Positions 12,918 to 25,063 of a stretch of DNA of 64,000 bases are shown one piece after another. The position numbers and the translations under genes are program-made. The notes beneath the pieces are model-generated. The model was not told the origin of the DNA and made no database searches. It saw only the letters and a list, made by a program, of their open reading frames with translations. Position 1 is the stretch's first letter. The number at the start of each line of letters is the position of its first letter. Origin of the DNA: Octopus bimaculoides (lineage: Eukaryota); assembly GCF_001194135.2 (NCBI RefSeq), contig NC_068981.1, positions 73,316,765 through 73,380,764 of the forward strand, given 5' to 3'.

Positions 12918-14319
12918 GGGAGTCTCAACAGTCTTAGGGACCCTTTAAGGCTTGTGTCATCCGTTCCTATTCTGATAAAAGAGAAATTATATTAACCATC
13001 TCTTATCACAGAGCCGTATATGGGCCTTGGTTATCAACTTTGTAATTCGCATATTGCCAAGTATATGTCTCCATATCTGTAACCAAAATATTACTCTAAA
13101 TGGCTTTCCCTATCTATCTGCAAATACGTAGTGCAGGATGGTGCTGGACACTCTAGTGAACAATGGGGATATAGCAAATTTGATCGGTGTTTATTAACCG
13201 GAAATATTGAACATAGCTTTGAAGAAAGATGCTTTTCACGCTAGTTTGACCAAAATAAACTGCGTTATCAATCTCTTCGTATTTCTTTATTGTTCTTAGT
13301 CAAAGCTGAAATTCCTTTTAATTGAAACAGACACGACCATCGATTGCTTCTGATATTCATGCAAGAAATTCTTAGTGGATATAAAAAAAAAGTCAAGTAG
13401 TCAAGTATCGTGCTTCCATTAAATTCGAGTCTTCAAATGGAACAGCAAAAGAAATACGATAACATAACATTTTGCAAAATGATTTTATATTATCTTTATT
13501 TTTACTACTACATTTGCTTTAAAGTTATCGTTTAAAGATAAAAAGTTGTGCGTAACGCCCACAAAGTATCGGTCTTTTGCAATAATCATCATCGCTAAAG
13601 TAAAATGACTTTTCTTCAAAAGAAAGCTGTTTGTTAGTGGAGATAGTTGTTGAATCAAAAAAAGCAATATAAGCCATTTGATTTTTGAGAAAGACGAAGT
13701 CTCGTAGTATTGCTTGAACTGACAGCTTCAAAATGACGGTAATCAACTATGAAGCTCGCCGGACGTTTGCAGCATCAAGGTTTACGTATACATGGTACGT
13801 ATTTATAACTAGGCAGGCAGAATTAAGCAATATAACAGATTTAACACAGCCTTAGTAAACATTTTTCTTAGCTAACAGCTCGATGTTTTATCATGCAAGC
13901 ACCCCACAACGATCATTTCACAATGGGAAATTTAATGTATTTTTACGTTTAATTTTATTTTATATACAATAAAAGAGATGTGCGTGTTGTTTTCACCACG
14001 AACATGGCCAGCAAAAAATTTAGTACAGTTGATATGAATTGCAAAGAAGATTGTCGAGCCGAAAGGGAAGCAAATTATCACGTTGTCGCCAGTTCGTTTT
14101 GTCAACGATCAACGTCCGAGGTATAATGAAGGTATAACTCTAAATTCAAACTGATGGTGGTTTGTTCAGCTGAGTTATGTTACTCCTGCCGCGCAGCATT
14201 CTATTCAGGTGAACACAATGGGAAATTTATCCAGGATATATATAACCTCTAAGAAGCTAATCTAAAGGACCGGCCCTAAAAATAGATGTGATTCGAAAAG
14301 ATATAACTTTTGTAATATC

Positions 14320-14509
14320 GGTTTGAAATTTTGGCACAAGGCCAGCAATTTCGGGATAGGGATTATGTCGATTACATCGACTCTAGCACTAAACTGGTAA
14401 TTATTTCACTGACACCGAAATGATGAAAGGCAAAGTCGACCTTCGCGACATTTTATACTCAAATCGTAACGACGGACGAAATATCGCTAAGCATTTTGCA
14501 CACTATATT
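14320..14509 (-). mobile_element. SINE family B variant, 5' truncated, 14-bp TSD
   Basis: GATGAAAGGCAAAGTCGACC core; ACTTTTGTAATATC at 14306-14319 and 14510-14523. Confidence 0.85.
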
Positions 14510-14784
14510 ACTTTTGTAATATCAGTTACTCCTTTGATGTAAGAAGTTTTGAGTCAAAACAACATTCATGAAGTTACAATGTTTTTTTTTTTTACTTATA
14601 TGACCAATTAAAAAAATTACACTAGGTAAAAATGTTGACCAAATTACATAATGCATAAATTAACTGAAATGTTTGCATTTTCTAGCAAGTTGAAAAAGTT
14701 CGATTAGTTGAATTAATAAATAATTAATTAAATGAATCAAGAATAAAGAAATTCATTTTCTTCTTCCGAAATTTTGCTCCCCTT

Positions 14785-15155
14785 CTGCAAGCTGACTTCC
14801 CAACAACATGGTCCCAGATTCAGTGCCACTGCGAGGTACTTTGGGCAAGTGTCTTCTACTATAGCTGCGGGCCAATCACACACGCACACACACACACACA
14901 TACACACACACACACACACACAAATTATGCGTGTGTGTGTGTGTGTGTGTATTATGTGTGCATGTCACTGTGTCTGCATTTGCCACCTAACACCGCTTTA
15001 CGACCGGTGGTGAGGTGTTTGTGTCACCTAACTTAGCAGATCGATAGAATAAGTAACAAGCTTAAAAAAGTGCTGGGGGTCAATTTGTTCGACAAAAATT
15101 TCTTCAACGTGGTGCCCCACCATGACTGCAGTCAAACGACTGAAACAAATAAGAT
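14785..15155 (+). mobile_element. SINE family A, degenerate
   Basis: TTGGGCAAGTGTCTTCTACTATAGC and GATAGAATAAGTA...GACTGAAACAAATAA. Confidence 0.8.
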
Positions 15156-15471
15156 ATACGTATACATACATATGTATATATTATTATAAAATCTGGTAAT
15201 TAATCATATATTAATTAATATCGATTAATTATCAGGAGGCCAGCACATCTAAAGAATCAAAGAGATTCAGAATTAGTATCTGCAATCTCAGGGGATTAAG
15301 GTACATTAAAAAAAAATAACGTTGACCACTAACGTGGACAATTAATGTGCTAGAAATAGATCACATCTTGTGTCTATTAAGACCTAAATTGTTCTCAACA
15401 TGAAATATAGCAGCATACCAAAACGTGAGCGGGCAAGACATTTAAAATCACCTAAAAAAAGCATTCTTAAA

Positions 15472-15528
15472 CAGGAACCGGTTTCGGATTTAACAAATCT
15501 TACCATTTGTCCATTCCTCTTCAGCCTG
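15472..15528 (-). ncRNA. Type-I hammerhead ribozyme motif, canonical core
   Basis: Minus strand CAGG-CUGAAGA-[13-position stem II, GGA..UCC]-GAAA-CCGG-U-U-CCUG: all core nucleotides present, G10.1-C11.1 pair, palindromic stem III ACCGGU, 4-bp stem I. Confidence 0.8.
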
Positions 15529-16381
15529 ATTTGTAATTGTTCTCAACNNNNNNNNNNNNNNNNNNNNNNNNNNNNNNNNNNNNNNNNNNNNNNNNNNNNN
15601 NNNNNNNNNNNNNNNNNNNNNNNNNNNNNNNNNNNNNNNNNNNNNNNNNNNNNNNNNNNNNNNNNNNNNNNNNNNNNNNNNNNNNNNNNNNNNNNNNNNN
15701 NNNNNNNNNNNNNNNNNNNNNNNNNNNNNNNNNNNNNNNNNNNNNNNNNNNNNNNNNNNNNNNNNNNNNNNNNNNNNNNNNNNNNNNNNNNNNNNNNNNN
15801 NNNNNNNNNNNNNNNNNNNNNNNNNNNNNNNNNNNNNNNNNNNNNNNNNNNNNNNNNNNNNNNNNNNNNNNNNNNNNNNNNNNNNNNNNNNNNNNNNNNN
15901 NNNNNNNNNNNNNNNNNNNNNNNNNNNNNNNNNNNNNNNNNNNNNNNNNNNNNNNNNNNNNNNNNNNNNNNNNNNNNNNNNNNNNNNNNNNNNNNNNNNN
16001 NNNNNNNNNNNNNNNNNNNNNNNNNNNNNNNNNNNNNNNNNNNNNNNNNNNNNNNNNNNNNNNNNNNNNNNNNNNNNNNNNNNNNNNNNNNNNNNNNNNN
16101 NNNNNNNNNNNNNNNNNNNNNNNNNNNNNNNNNNNNNNNNNNNNNNNNNNNNNNNNNNNNNNNNNNNNNNNNNNNNNNNNNNNNNNNNNNNNNNNNNNNN
16201 NNNNNNNNNNNNNNNNNNNNNNNNNNNNNNNNNNNNNNNNNNNNNNNNNNNNNNNNNNNNNNNNNNNNNNNNNNNNNNNNNNNNNNNNNNNNNNNNNNNN
16301 NNNNNNNNNNNNNNNNNNNNNNNNNNNNNNNNNNNNNNNNNNNNNNNNNNNNNNNNNNNTATATATATATATATGTATGCT

Positions 16382-16448
<67 letters not shown>

Positions 16449-16518
16449 GTCTCTCTGTCTGTCTCGTTCTCTCCTTCTCTCTCTCTCACACATACATACA
16501 CACGCGCGACGCACACAT

Positions 16519-16650
16519 ATATAGTATATAATAAGAAGAAAATGGAGAGTTTTAGCAGATAAATATCAATTTTGGACCATAATTGACGATCTGTTAATAA
16601 ATTGATATTTATCTGTTAAAACTCCATTTTCTTCTTATTATGTACTATAT
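16519..16650. repeat. 132-bp hairpin, ~54-bp arms
   Basis: ATATAGTATATAATAAGAAGAAAATGGAGAGTTTTAGCAGATAAATATCAATTT vs AAATTGATATTTATCTGTTAAAACTCCATTTTCTTCTTATTATGTACTATAT; 26-nt loop. Confidence 0.9.
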
Positions 16651-16857
16651 TGAAATATACCCATATATATCGAAGTGAAACAATCATTGAACTCCGTAAT
16701 ATACTTCATTGGTGCCTATTATTAAACAATAACCACCAATACTATTAAGTGATGTTGGACTCCTGAATGTTTCATCGATACATAAGATTAAACTGGTGAA
16801 ACCTGGATGTTGACATCCCTTTTAAGAGGTATCTGTATCTTTAAAATAACTATACAT

Positions 16858-16889
<32 letters not shown>

Positions 16890-16930
16890 GTATGTATGTT
16901 TGTTTGTGTGTATGTATGTACGTGTGTATG

Positions 16931-16965
<35 letters not shown>

Positions 16966-17420
16966 GCACCATCTTTCTCTTCCAACGTGAAAAATCTACG
17001 GAGGAAGAGCCTTCCTTACACTTGTGGGCAAACATTTTACCCTAGGCCATTAATAAACATAATATAAGGGTCTCGTTTAGCTGACCACCTTGTATCAAGA
17101 AAAAAATATATATCTAAGGCCCTGGGTTGAGGTAGGATATTCATATGGGTTTAACAGTGGTCTACAAAGCAAATCAGGAAAAAAGACACGCAGACACATT
17201 ATGGGGCATCAGAGTGTCTCTTTAGGCCGTTCTAAATCATCACAGATCCTCTTTTAGATTCCAAGATGAACGCAATATTACAACGTTAGTCGGTTGTATA
17301 TAGTATTTAAAAGAGACATGAAAGCTCTATTAAATCAACTAAAAACTGTTGGAACGGACTGTACCATATCTGAGTTGATGAACACGTTGAAAGATTTACC
17401 TGTCAGAGAGAAGAGTTATT

Positions 17421-17742
17421 CTAAAACAAATTCATATGATCCGAGTGCTTTCCTGAGCTCAAAAGTCTAAATGTTTCGTTGTTGCTCACATTGACGGAAA
17501 TTCGTTTTGATAAAGAACTCATCTTCGAACGAGACACTATATTCAAGCTTGCACTAGAGTCTTTTGTTTTGAGGAAAACTGACTGTTGCCTATGCATGGA
17601 AGTTTCCATATCATCAATGCTTATCTGAGGCGAAGAGGCTGCCGTCTTCGACCGATACAGCTTTATGCCAAAGTCGTCACAAGCGTTGCTGTTAGGATGC
17701 AAAGCACTAGAACAGCTATTACAAGTCAACTGCCAGATCCTG
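17421..17742 (-). CDS. Candidate terminal coding exon, product unknown
   Basis: About 107 open codons in non-repetitive, relatively GC-rich sequence ending in TAG; the possible acceptor TACAG is weak; no recognisable domain. Confidence 0.25.
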
Positions 17743-18141
17743 TATTTCATTGCCGTGGATTAGTATTCTTTTCAGCAGGGTTTGAACTCAGAGTGCAGAG
17801 AATCGGAATAATTTGAAGCAGCACTCTAATGGATCTGTGAATGATTCTGCCTTAAAGCGAAAAGACCGGGGCGCTGACATACAACGCGATCCCTTCCACC
17901 AAGGAGGTGAAAAACCTATCAATATAGAGGGAACTTGAAACTGAGGAGCATGTAGGTATGAAAAAATACGGACAATATTCTACAAATCATGCCAGGATTC
18001 ACAACGTTACACACGGCTTAGAGCCCACATCCTTTCATCTCAATAGCACAAGACAAACAGAACGCCCTCTGCACACAGTGCATAACCCTGCATAGTAACC
18101 ACTTAATAATATAATACGACTAACACAGTACATACTTAGAG

Positions 18142-18411
18142 TAGTAGCTCCCAAACTTTTTTGGGTTGTGCTCCTTTGGTACCAAGGTCACATTCCTAGC
18201 ACCAACCCACCATTCATCACCACAAACATAGACCACTTTCTGAAGCAAATTCAAAGCAACTGTACCAATTATTTCGTTGTTTTTCTCATCCATTTCCCCC
18301 TTTTGACTACTCCATTATCGCCCCACTTGTCGTCAACGCCCCTTCCTCGGATCTGGATCTTTCCACCGACCTCAGGTGGGGGGGGGGTACAACCGACTTT
18401 GGCAACCACTG
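18142..18411. mobile_element. hAT (Charlie-type) MITE, degenerate
   Basis: Ends TAGTAGCTCCCAAACT and ACTTTGGCAACCACTG resemble CAGTGGTTCCCAAAC TIRs; right flank CTCTAGAC fits the NTCTAGAN target preference. Confidence 0.6.
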
Positions 18412-18635
18412 CTCTAGACGATCAACAATCAATAAAATAATACAACACTTTCCTATATATCCCGGTACTATACCACCGAAAACTCATACAGCTCACATTA
18501 TACACGACTACATCTGCACAGCATCTTCTCTGTTCAGTCACCGTCCCACACTGAAGTACATACCGATCACATTACAACTCACGATACATCCACCATACAC
18601 AACAGAAGAAATATGATTGTAGCTCCAGAAACGAG

Positions 18636-19363
18636 GGATCTAGTTCAAAACGGGGGCACCAGTATTTTCTTAACGAAACACTAACGAAACACTTTGAAAC
18701 TTGGGACACTGGTAGAATGTGTCATATAAAACATCTTTTACTCTTAGTCTTCTTAACAAAAAAACGTACATCGCAAGTTATTCCATGTTAAAGTTGTCGT
18801 ATTTCTGTAATTTCAACCAATCACTGACGTCTATTCAGCTGAATAGAGTTACTGCTGGCCGGTCATAAAAATGTTATTCCCTGCGACATATTTCATCCGG
18901 TTTAATCGTAATTTATACGTATATATTGTTTATATAATAAATTANNNNNNNNNNNNNNNNNNNNNNNNNNNNNNNNNNNNNNNNNNNNNNNNNNNNNNNN
19001 NNNNNNNNNNNNNNNNNNNNNNNNNNNNNNNNNNNNNNNNNNNNNNNNNNNNNNNNNNNNNNNNNNNNNNNNNNNNNNNNNNNNNNNNNNNNNNNNNNNN
19101 NNNNNGGGTTAGGGTTAGGGTTAGGGGATTAATACGATATATACCGTTACAGCGCTAACTGTTTTCAACTGAATAGACGTCAGTGATTAGCAGAAATTAT
19201 CGAAATAAGACAATTTTTTACATGAAATAAATTCGAATACAAAAATTGTTTTCTGTTCTATAACACAAAATAGATAAGTATACGAAGTTTGAAAGTCTTT
19301 CGGTACCAAAAACATTACATAAAACATAAATGAAAACTGGTGCCCCCGTTTTGAACAAGATCC
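18636..19363. mobile_element. Non-autonomous TIR DNA transposon (Merlin- or MULE-like), 8-bp TSD, internal TTAGGG repeats
   Basis: TIR GGATCTAGTTCAAAACGGGGGCACCAGT / ACTGGTGCCCCCGTTTTGAACAAGATCC; TSD GAAACGAG at 18628-18635 and 19364-19371; imperfect inverted similarity extends ~220 bp. Confidence 0.85.
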
Positions 19364-19439
19364 GAAACGAGAAATCAAATCATACAGCAGAGCAAACATG
19401 ATGTTAATAACACAAACAATTTTGCACACACCCCAGAGG

Positions 19440-19990
19440 CACAAAGTTAGTATTTTTTAAGGGAAGAGTTTAATCGATTATGCCGAGCCTAGCACTTATC
19501 CAGTAGTTCATTTAATCGTCACTGAAAAGACGAAAGGCAAAGTTAAACGCGATGAGATTTGAGTAAAAAGCCAGAACAATCGCCACAATTGTTTCGATAT
19601 TCAGACGGTTCTAATTATCCACCACCCACTTAAATGTTTGTAATAAGTACAAAGGCCACATATACTATAATGAGGAGGAAGTATATTAAGTAAATCCCAG
19701 AGATTAGTTCTTATGTTATTTTATCAACCACCTCCCTACGGAAAGAAGAGTTATAGTTAATCTCGGCGGGATTTAAACTTATAAAGATCTATAAGAAATA
19801 CTGAAAGACATTTTGGTCTTACGATTTCGTAAATCCAAAATGTTTTTTTATTCATGTTATTTAAGTACAAAACCAAGGAAAATGCTTATTAATCTAAAAC
19901 GATCCCAGTAATTAGCTAGTACTTATTGACCTCAGTGGAATGAAAAGCGAAGAGCTGACTTTAGTAGGATTAGAAACTAAAGCATAAAGA
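19440..19990 (-). mobile_element. Cluster of very old SINE family B fragments
   Basis: Degenerate GAAAGGCAAAGTT and AATCTCGGCGGGATTTAAACT motifs. Confidence 0.5.
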
Positions 19991-20039
19991 AGAAGGATAA
20001 CTACCATAAGGCATCTTTCCGAAGGTCTAACAAATAATG

Positions 20040-20133
<94 letters not shown>

Positions 20134-21574
20134 AATGCAGTTATATTAGAACGTTTTCTAAGAGTTATGACATAACCAAAAATCATACACTGCGGAATTA
20201 TCATAGTTTATCTAAAACTAACATCATAACCCAGCAGGTAAGATCAAAGACTGCTGGCTAATGGGTCGTATATTTACTCATATAACACACATATGCACAT
20301 ACATATATACGCATGAACACACACTAACATAGAAATATATACAAACGCAACCATAGATATACACACACACTAACAAAGAAGTACAAAAATACATACACAC
20401 TAAGAAACAAACACACCTATACAAACAGACATATTCATACACAGACTCAATATACATATACATACACACACATACACACATATACATACATATATATACA
20501 CACATATATAAAGTTTATGAATTGGGCCCTGGTGAAAACTGAAAATTGGAAGCGTTATTTAAAAATACTACGAAGTTTTTGTTTCAGCAAATGATTTGTG
20601 TGGAGCAAACTTATGATCAAAAGATTTTCCATACATGCAGTCCTATCTTTTCTTTATACACGGAAACTACATTATTCTGTGTGTCTTTCATATAAAATAG
20701 TAGGGTATAATTCGCGGAAGATTTTGGTTGTCATTTCGAACAGATTGAGCGACTGTATAGAGGTTGTTTCGTTACAACGCATGTGGATGATTGAAATTTT
20801 AATAATAATAAGATTACTGCTCAGGTGCAAAAAAAAAAAAAAAAATAACCTCATTGGCAAAGGGTAAACATGAAGACAGACAGCGGCAATAATTGAAAAA
20901 AAGACAGACTGCAATGAATGAAAGCCCATATTCATGTCAGACTGAACCCTAGATCATCCACCACCCATCATCTACAAACACCTCGTCATATGTCTCTAGT
21001 ATCGACTCATACCATGGTTCTCCAGAATCACATCTACAACGTGAGCAATAACTTACTTATCGCCTTAGCTGTATTGGTTAAATAAGTGGTTTACAGTCTT
21101 CAAACTACATACGTCTATACAAACACACATCTACATATACAACGTTGTTCCAATTAGAGCAGTTACAGACACACCATCACGTTTCATAATGCATACGACA
21201 CACACATACCTACACATACACATGCAACATACATAGCATGTACACAAATAATGCACAGAACTTCATACTCCCACATACGTGCTAACAGAGCAAGGTACTT
21301 TATGTACATACATAAACACGTTTACATGCATACACACACACAACAGAGGCGCATACATCACAGCTCAGTCATCCATTGCCTCTCCTTACATTTGCTCTCC
21401 TTGTAAAACACACTTTCCTTTTTGTAACGCTTATGTTTACCATTCATTTCCTATCATGCTATGAAACTAATTCTACATGCAATTTCATTCCATGGATCTT
21501 TTTCTTTTCCGTTCCTTCTGATTTCCTTCTCTCTTGCTTGAAGAAATGTCCTAGTCCGAAACGTGGAATATTTT

Positions 21575-21945
21575 CACTTTATCTTTTATCTTTCAGTCAT
21601 TAGACTACAGCCATGCTAGGGCACTGCTTTGGAGAATTTTTTAGTAGAATGTATTGACCCCCAGTACAGTTTTTTGAAGCGTGGTACTTTTGTATCGGTA
21701 TCTTCTGACGAACCGCTAATTTCCGGGAACGTAAACACGCCAACACCGGTTGCCAAGAAGTGTGGAGGGAGAGAAACACACAAACACAAAAACACACACA
21801 TATACCACAAGCTTCTTTCAGTTTGCGTCTACCAAATCTACTCATAAGTGTTTGGTCGACCCGAGGTCAGAGTAGAAGATACTTGCTCAAGATGTCTCAC
21901 TTAGAGTCTGAAACCCGAATCTCATGGCTGGAAAGCAAAATTCTT
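21575..21945 (-). mobile_element. SINE family A
   Basis: CAAGCTTCTTTCAGTTTGCGTCTACCAAATC and CGTAAACACGCCAACACCGGTTGCCAAG. Confidence 0.85.
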
Positions 21946-22483
21946 AATATACAGTTTGTCTTTAATATTTTTTTCAGCGTTAAACAGATATTAAAAGAAA
22001 TTGTATGTTTTTCTTTCTTTTTTTCTTTCTGTCTTTATTTATTTACTTATTTACTTATTTATCTTATTGAGATATTTCACTCGATATCAAATATAGTTCT
22101 ACGCCGTGTTCTTAATGTCCACAAATTCCGTTAAAAACAAACATAAAAATTCCAATAAAAATCATTTGCTTTATGAATAATCGCATGAAATTATTCGAAT
22201 ATCTGAGCTTCAATATATTTTAATGTTTAAATTAAAGACATTTAAAACTTCCTCTTTTTTTTTTTTCAGTTTACAATGATTGTGCATATGTGCGATGTAA
22301 AACAGCAGAAACGAAATATCATGATAAATGGAAGTCGAAATCAACCAATCAATCGATCAATCAGTCAATCCATCTTTCTCTCTGTCTCTCTGTCTCTCTC
22401 TCTCTCCCTCTCTGTATCTCTCTCTCTGTGTCTCTCTCTCTGTCTCTCTCTGTCTCTGTCTCTCTCTCTCTCTCTCTCTCTGT

Positions 22484-22528
<45 letters not shown>

Positions 22529-22544
22529 CACACACACCCACCCA

Positions 22545-22982
22545 CATATCTTTTATCCTTTTTTTCTTGTTTCAGTAATTAGACCGTGGCCATGCTAATG
22601 CATCGCCTTGAAGAATTTTTAGTCGAATGAATCGATCCTAGTAACTGGAACTTATTCTATCGCTCTATTTTGGAGAATCGCGAAGTTAGGGGACATAAAA
22701 ACACCAACACCAGTGCTCGGAGACAGCAGAGACACAAACACACACACCCACACACATATTCTTTTATTTTTTACTTGTTTCAGTCATCTGACTGCAGCCA
22801 TGCTGGAGCGCCAACTTATGGGGTTTTAGTCGAACAAATCGATCCCAGGACTATGTTAGGCTAATACTTAGTATATCGACCTCCTTTGCCGAACTGCTAA
22901 GTTGCGGGGACGTAAACAAACCAGCAACGGTTGTTAAGCGACGGTGGTGAGAGAAACACCGACACAAACACAAATTTATATA
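22545..22982 (-). mobile_element. Cluster of three partial SINE family A copies
   Basis: Repeated CTTGTTTCAGT...CCATGCT and GCTAAGTTGCGGGGACGTAAACA blocks. Confidence 0.8.
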
Positions 22983-22984
22983 TG

Positions 22985-24350
22985 AAAAACTCTACTAGAG
23001 TAGAAGTAGACATTGTATTAGCGACTAGGAAATCAATTATAAAATATGAGAGAAAGTACTGGATGAGAAAGGATAGACCAGAGATGTTCGATATAACTAT
23101 AGGATCGACAGACTCTGCACAGATAACAAACTTAGTAAGGATATACATGCCTGTATAAGGAACTTCCAGAAGTAGGAGGAGGTTTATGCAGGTATGATGC
23201 ACTTTTCTCCCTGTTTAACTCCTGAAACAGTGACAGAAAAATATAGGAAAAAGTTTTTTAGGTTCTTTAAAAACATAGGACTCTTAATGTCGATAGAAGA
23301 GGAAGGCGGTGAGCTGGCAGAAACGTTAGCACACCGGGCGAAATGCTTAGTGGTATTTCATTTGTTTTTACGTTCTGAGTTCAAATTCCGCCCAGGTCGA
23401 ATTTGCTTTTCATCCTTTCGGGGTCGATAAATTAAGTACCAGTTGCTACAGGGATCGATCTAATCGACTGGCCCCCTCCCCCAAAATTTCGGGCCTTGTG
23501 CCTAGAGTAGAAAAAATATCTATACAAGTGGAACATACCTCAGTTAACTTACTTGATGTTAATTTACATCTAAGTACAGGTATACACAGCCTTATCATAA
23601 ACCTAATACAAACATAGATACATTCATAAAAATATCAATCACTCAAAAAGTGCAACCCGATCAATAGCAGAAAATCAGGGAACGGGGAAGTATTTAAACT
23701 AAATGAGGACTTTCATAATTACGCATTAGAGAAGGTGGGATATAGAGAAAAATTTAAATTCCTAAACAATGATAATAGTATAAATATTAAAAGTAGTGAG
23801 ATTGACCACAGTATCAATGATCATGATAGTATGCTTAATATGGAAAACGTCACTAATCAAATAGAGCAGACGGTAAGAAGAGTTAAAGATAGCAAATCTG
23901 TGCAATTAGAATATAACAATAGAGTTCCTAGAAACAAAAAGAAAAGTATGAATTTATTTGAATATGTGCCAAGTAAAGTACAAAGTAGATTAGATAGAAA
24001 TGGACCTATTAAGAGGTCCCATTCAGATAGGGCAGGTAAGCAAAACTCTATAAATAGTAATATACAAATAATCGACAAATATACTGTCAAATATAATAGC
24101 AAACAAATCCAATGCCATAATAAGAACCAGATAAAGAGATTACACACTTTTACAAAACGTTTAGGTAGAAATAGAAATACATACCTTAGTAACATGGATA
24201 TCTCCACACAAAGAGTCCCTTATTGGTTCATATAATTTAATGTAAAAAATAAAGGGACGGTAGTAATAAAGCATCCATAACATGAAGACATATTTTGCAG
24301 CATTATTAACATAAACAACTATCCGATCAAGAATTTTAAAACAGAACATT
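22985..24350 (+). mobile_element. Penelope-like element RT remnant, interrupted by a SINE
   Basis: W..K..EMFDITIGSTDSAQITNLV (cf. FDVTMGSYDGAEICELVG), GGLCRYD (cf. GLYRDD), EKYRKKFFRFFKNIGL..IE, PYHKPN..YIHKN.NH, YNYALEKVGY; frameshifted. Confidence 0.85.
23305..23515 (+). mobile_element. SINE family B, full length, inserted in the Penelope-like RT
   Basis: GGCGGTGAGCTGGCAGAAACGTTAGC...CTTTTCATCCTTTCGGGGTCGATAAATTAAGTACC...GCCTAGAGTAGAAAA. Confidence 0.95.
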
Positions 24351-24533
24351 CCACAACAGAGCGAAGTGATCGTCGGATATGGAACTGGATTACTCAGCGG
24401 ATAGTATGAGGTTAAAGAAAAGAAAGTAACAAGGAGTTAGATTGGGACTTTAGCCAGTAGTATGGTCTGCCAAATTAGGTAACGAGAGACAGAGCAAAGA
24501 AAAGAAAGATGTGAGGTAATATGTAAGGTTAAT

Positions 24534-25063
24534 TGTTGTTGTTGTGACACCCTTCGGTCATGAATGACCATGGGATTGCACCTAGAAAGTTACCATCCGA
24601 AGTACGAGTCTGGTCAAGGTTGTTTATAGAAGACCAGCAGTCGCTATGCATACCTGCCTCCCCTCTCCCTTCTCCACGCCACCGATGTTATCCAAGGGAA
24701 AGGCAAAGGCCGATACAGCTTGGCATCAGTGACGTCGCAACTCATTTATTAACGTGCAAGTGGCTGAACACTCCACAGACACGTGTATCCGTAACGTAGT
24801 TCTCGGGGAGATTCAGCGTTTCACAGAATGTGACAAGGCTGACCCTTTGAAATACAGGGACAACGGAAACAGACAGAAAGAGTGAGAGAACGTTGTGGTG
24901 AAAGGGTACAGCAGGGTTCACCACCACCTCTGTGGGGGACTCGTGGAGCTTTAGGTGTTTTCGCTCAATAAACACTCACAATGCCCGGTCTAGGAATCGA
25001 TCGAAACCACGATCCTACGACCGCGAGTCCACTACCCTAACCACTAGGCCATTGCGCCTCCAC
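24534..25063 (-). mobile_element. Chimeric SINE: family C 5' part fused to a different ~215-bp tail; 13-bp TSD
   Basis: 24748-25063 matches family C; 24534-24747 differs from the tail of the three complete family-C copies; ATGTAAG(G/T)TTAAT at 24521-24533 and 25064-25076. Confidence 0.9.

Noticed and set aside
13130-13250. Tc1/mariner QDGA..H motif
   Set aside because: A single short motif without other DDE/D motifs or TIRs.
19106-19126. True telomere or chromosome fusion point
   Set aside because: Only ~3.5 units are visible, inside a TSD-flanked TIR element.
21535-21570. HHR-like TTGAAGA...CCGAAACGT
   Set aside because: C3 and H17 are wrong and stem II is unpaired; at most a dead relic.
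23735-24235. 166-aa ORF as a host gene
   Set aside because: It lies between Penelope RT motifs and is best explained as the element's linker region.
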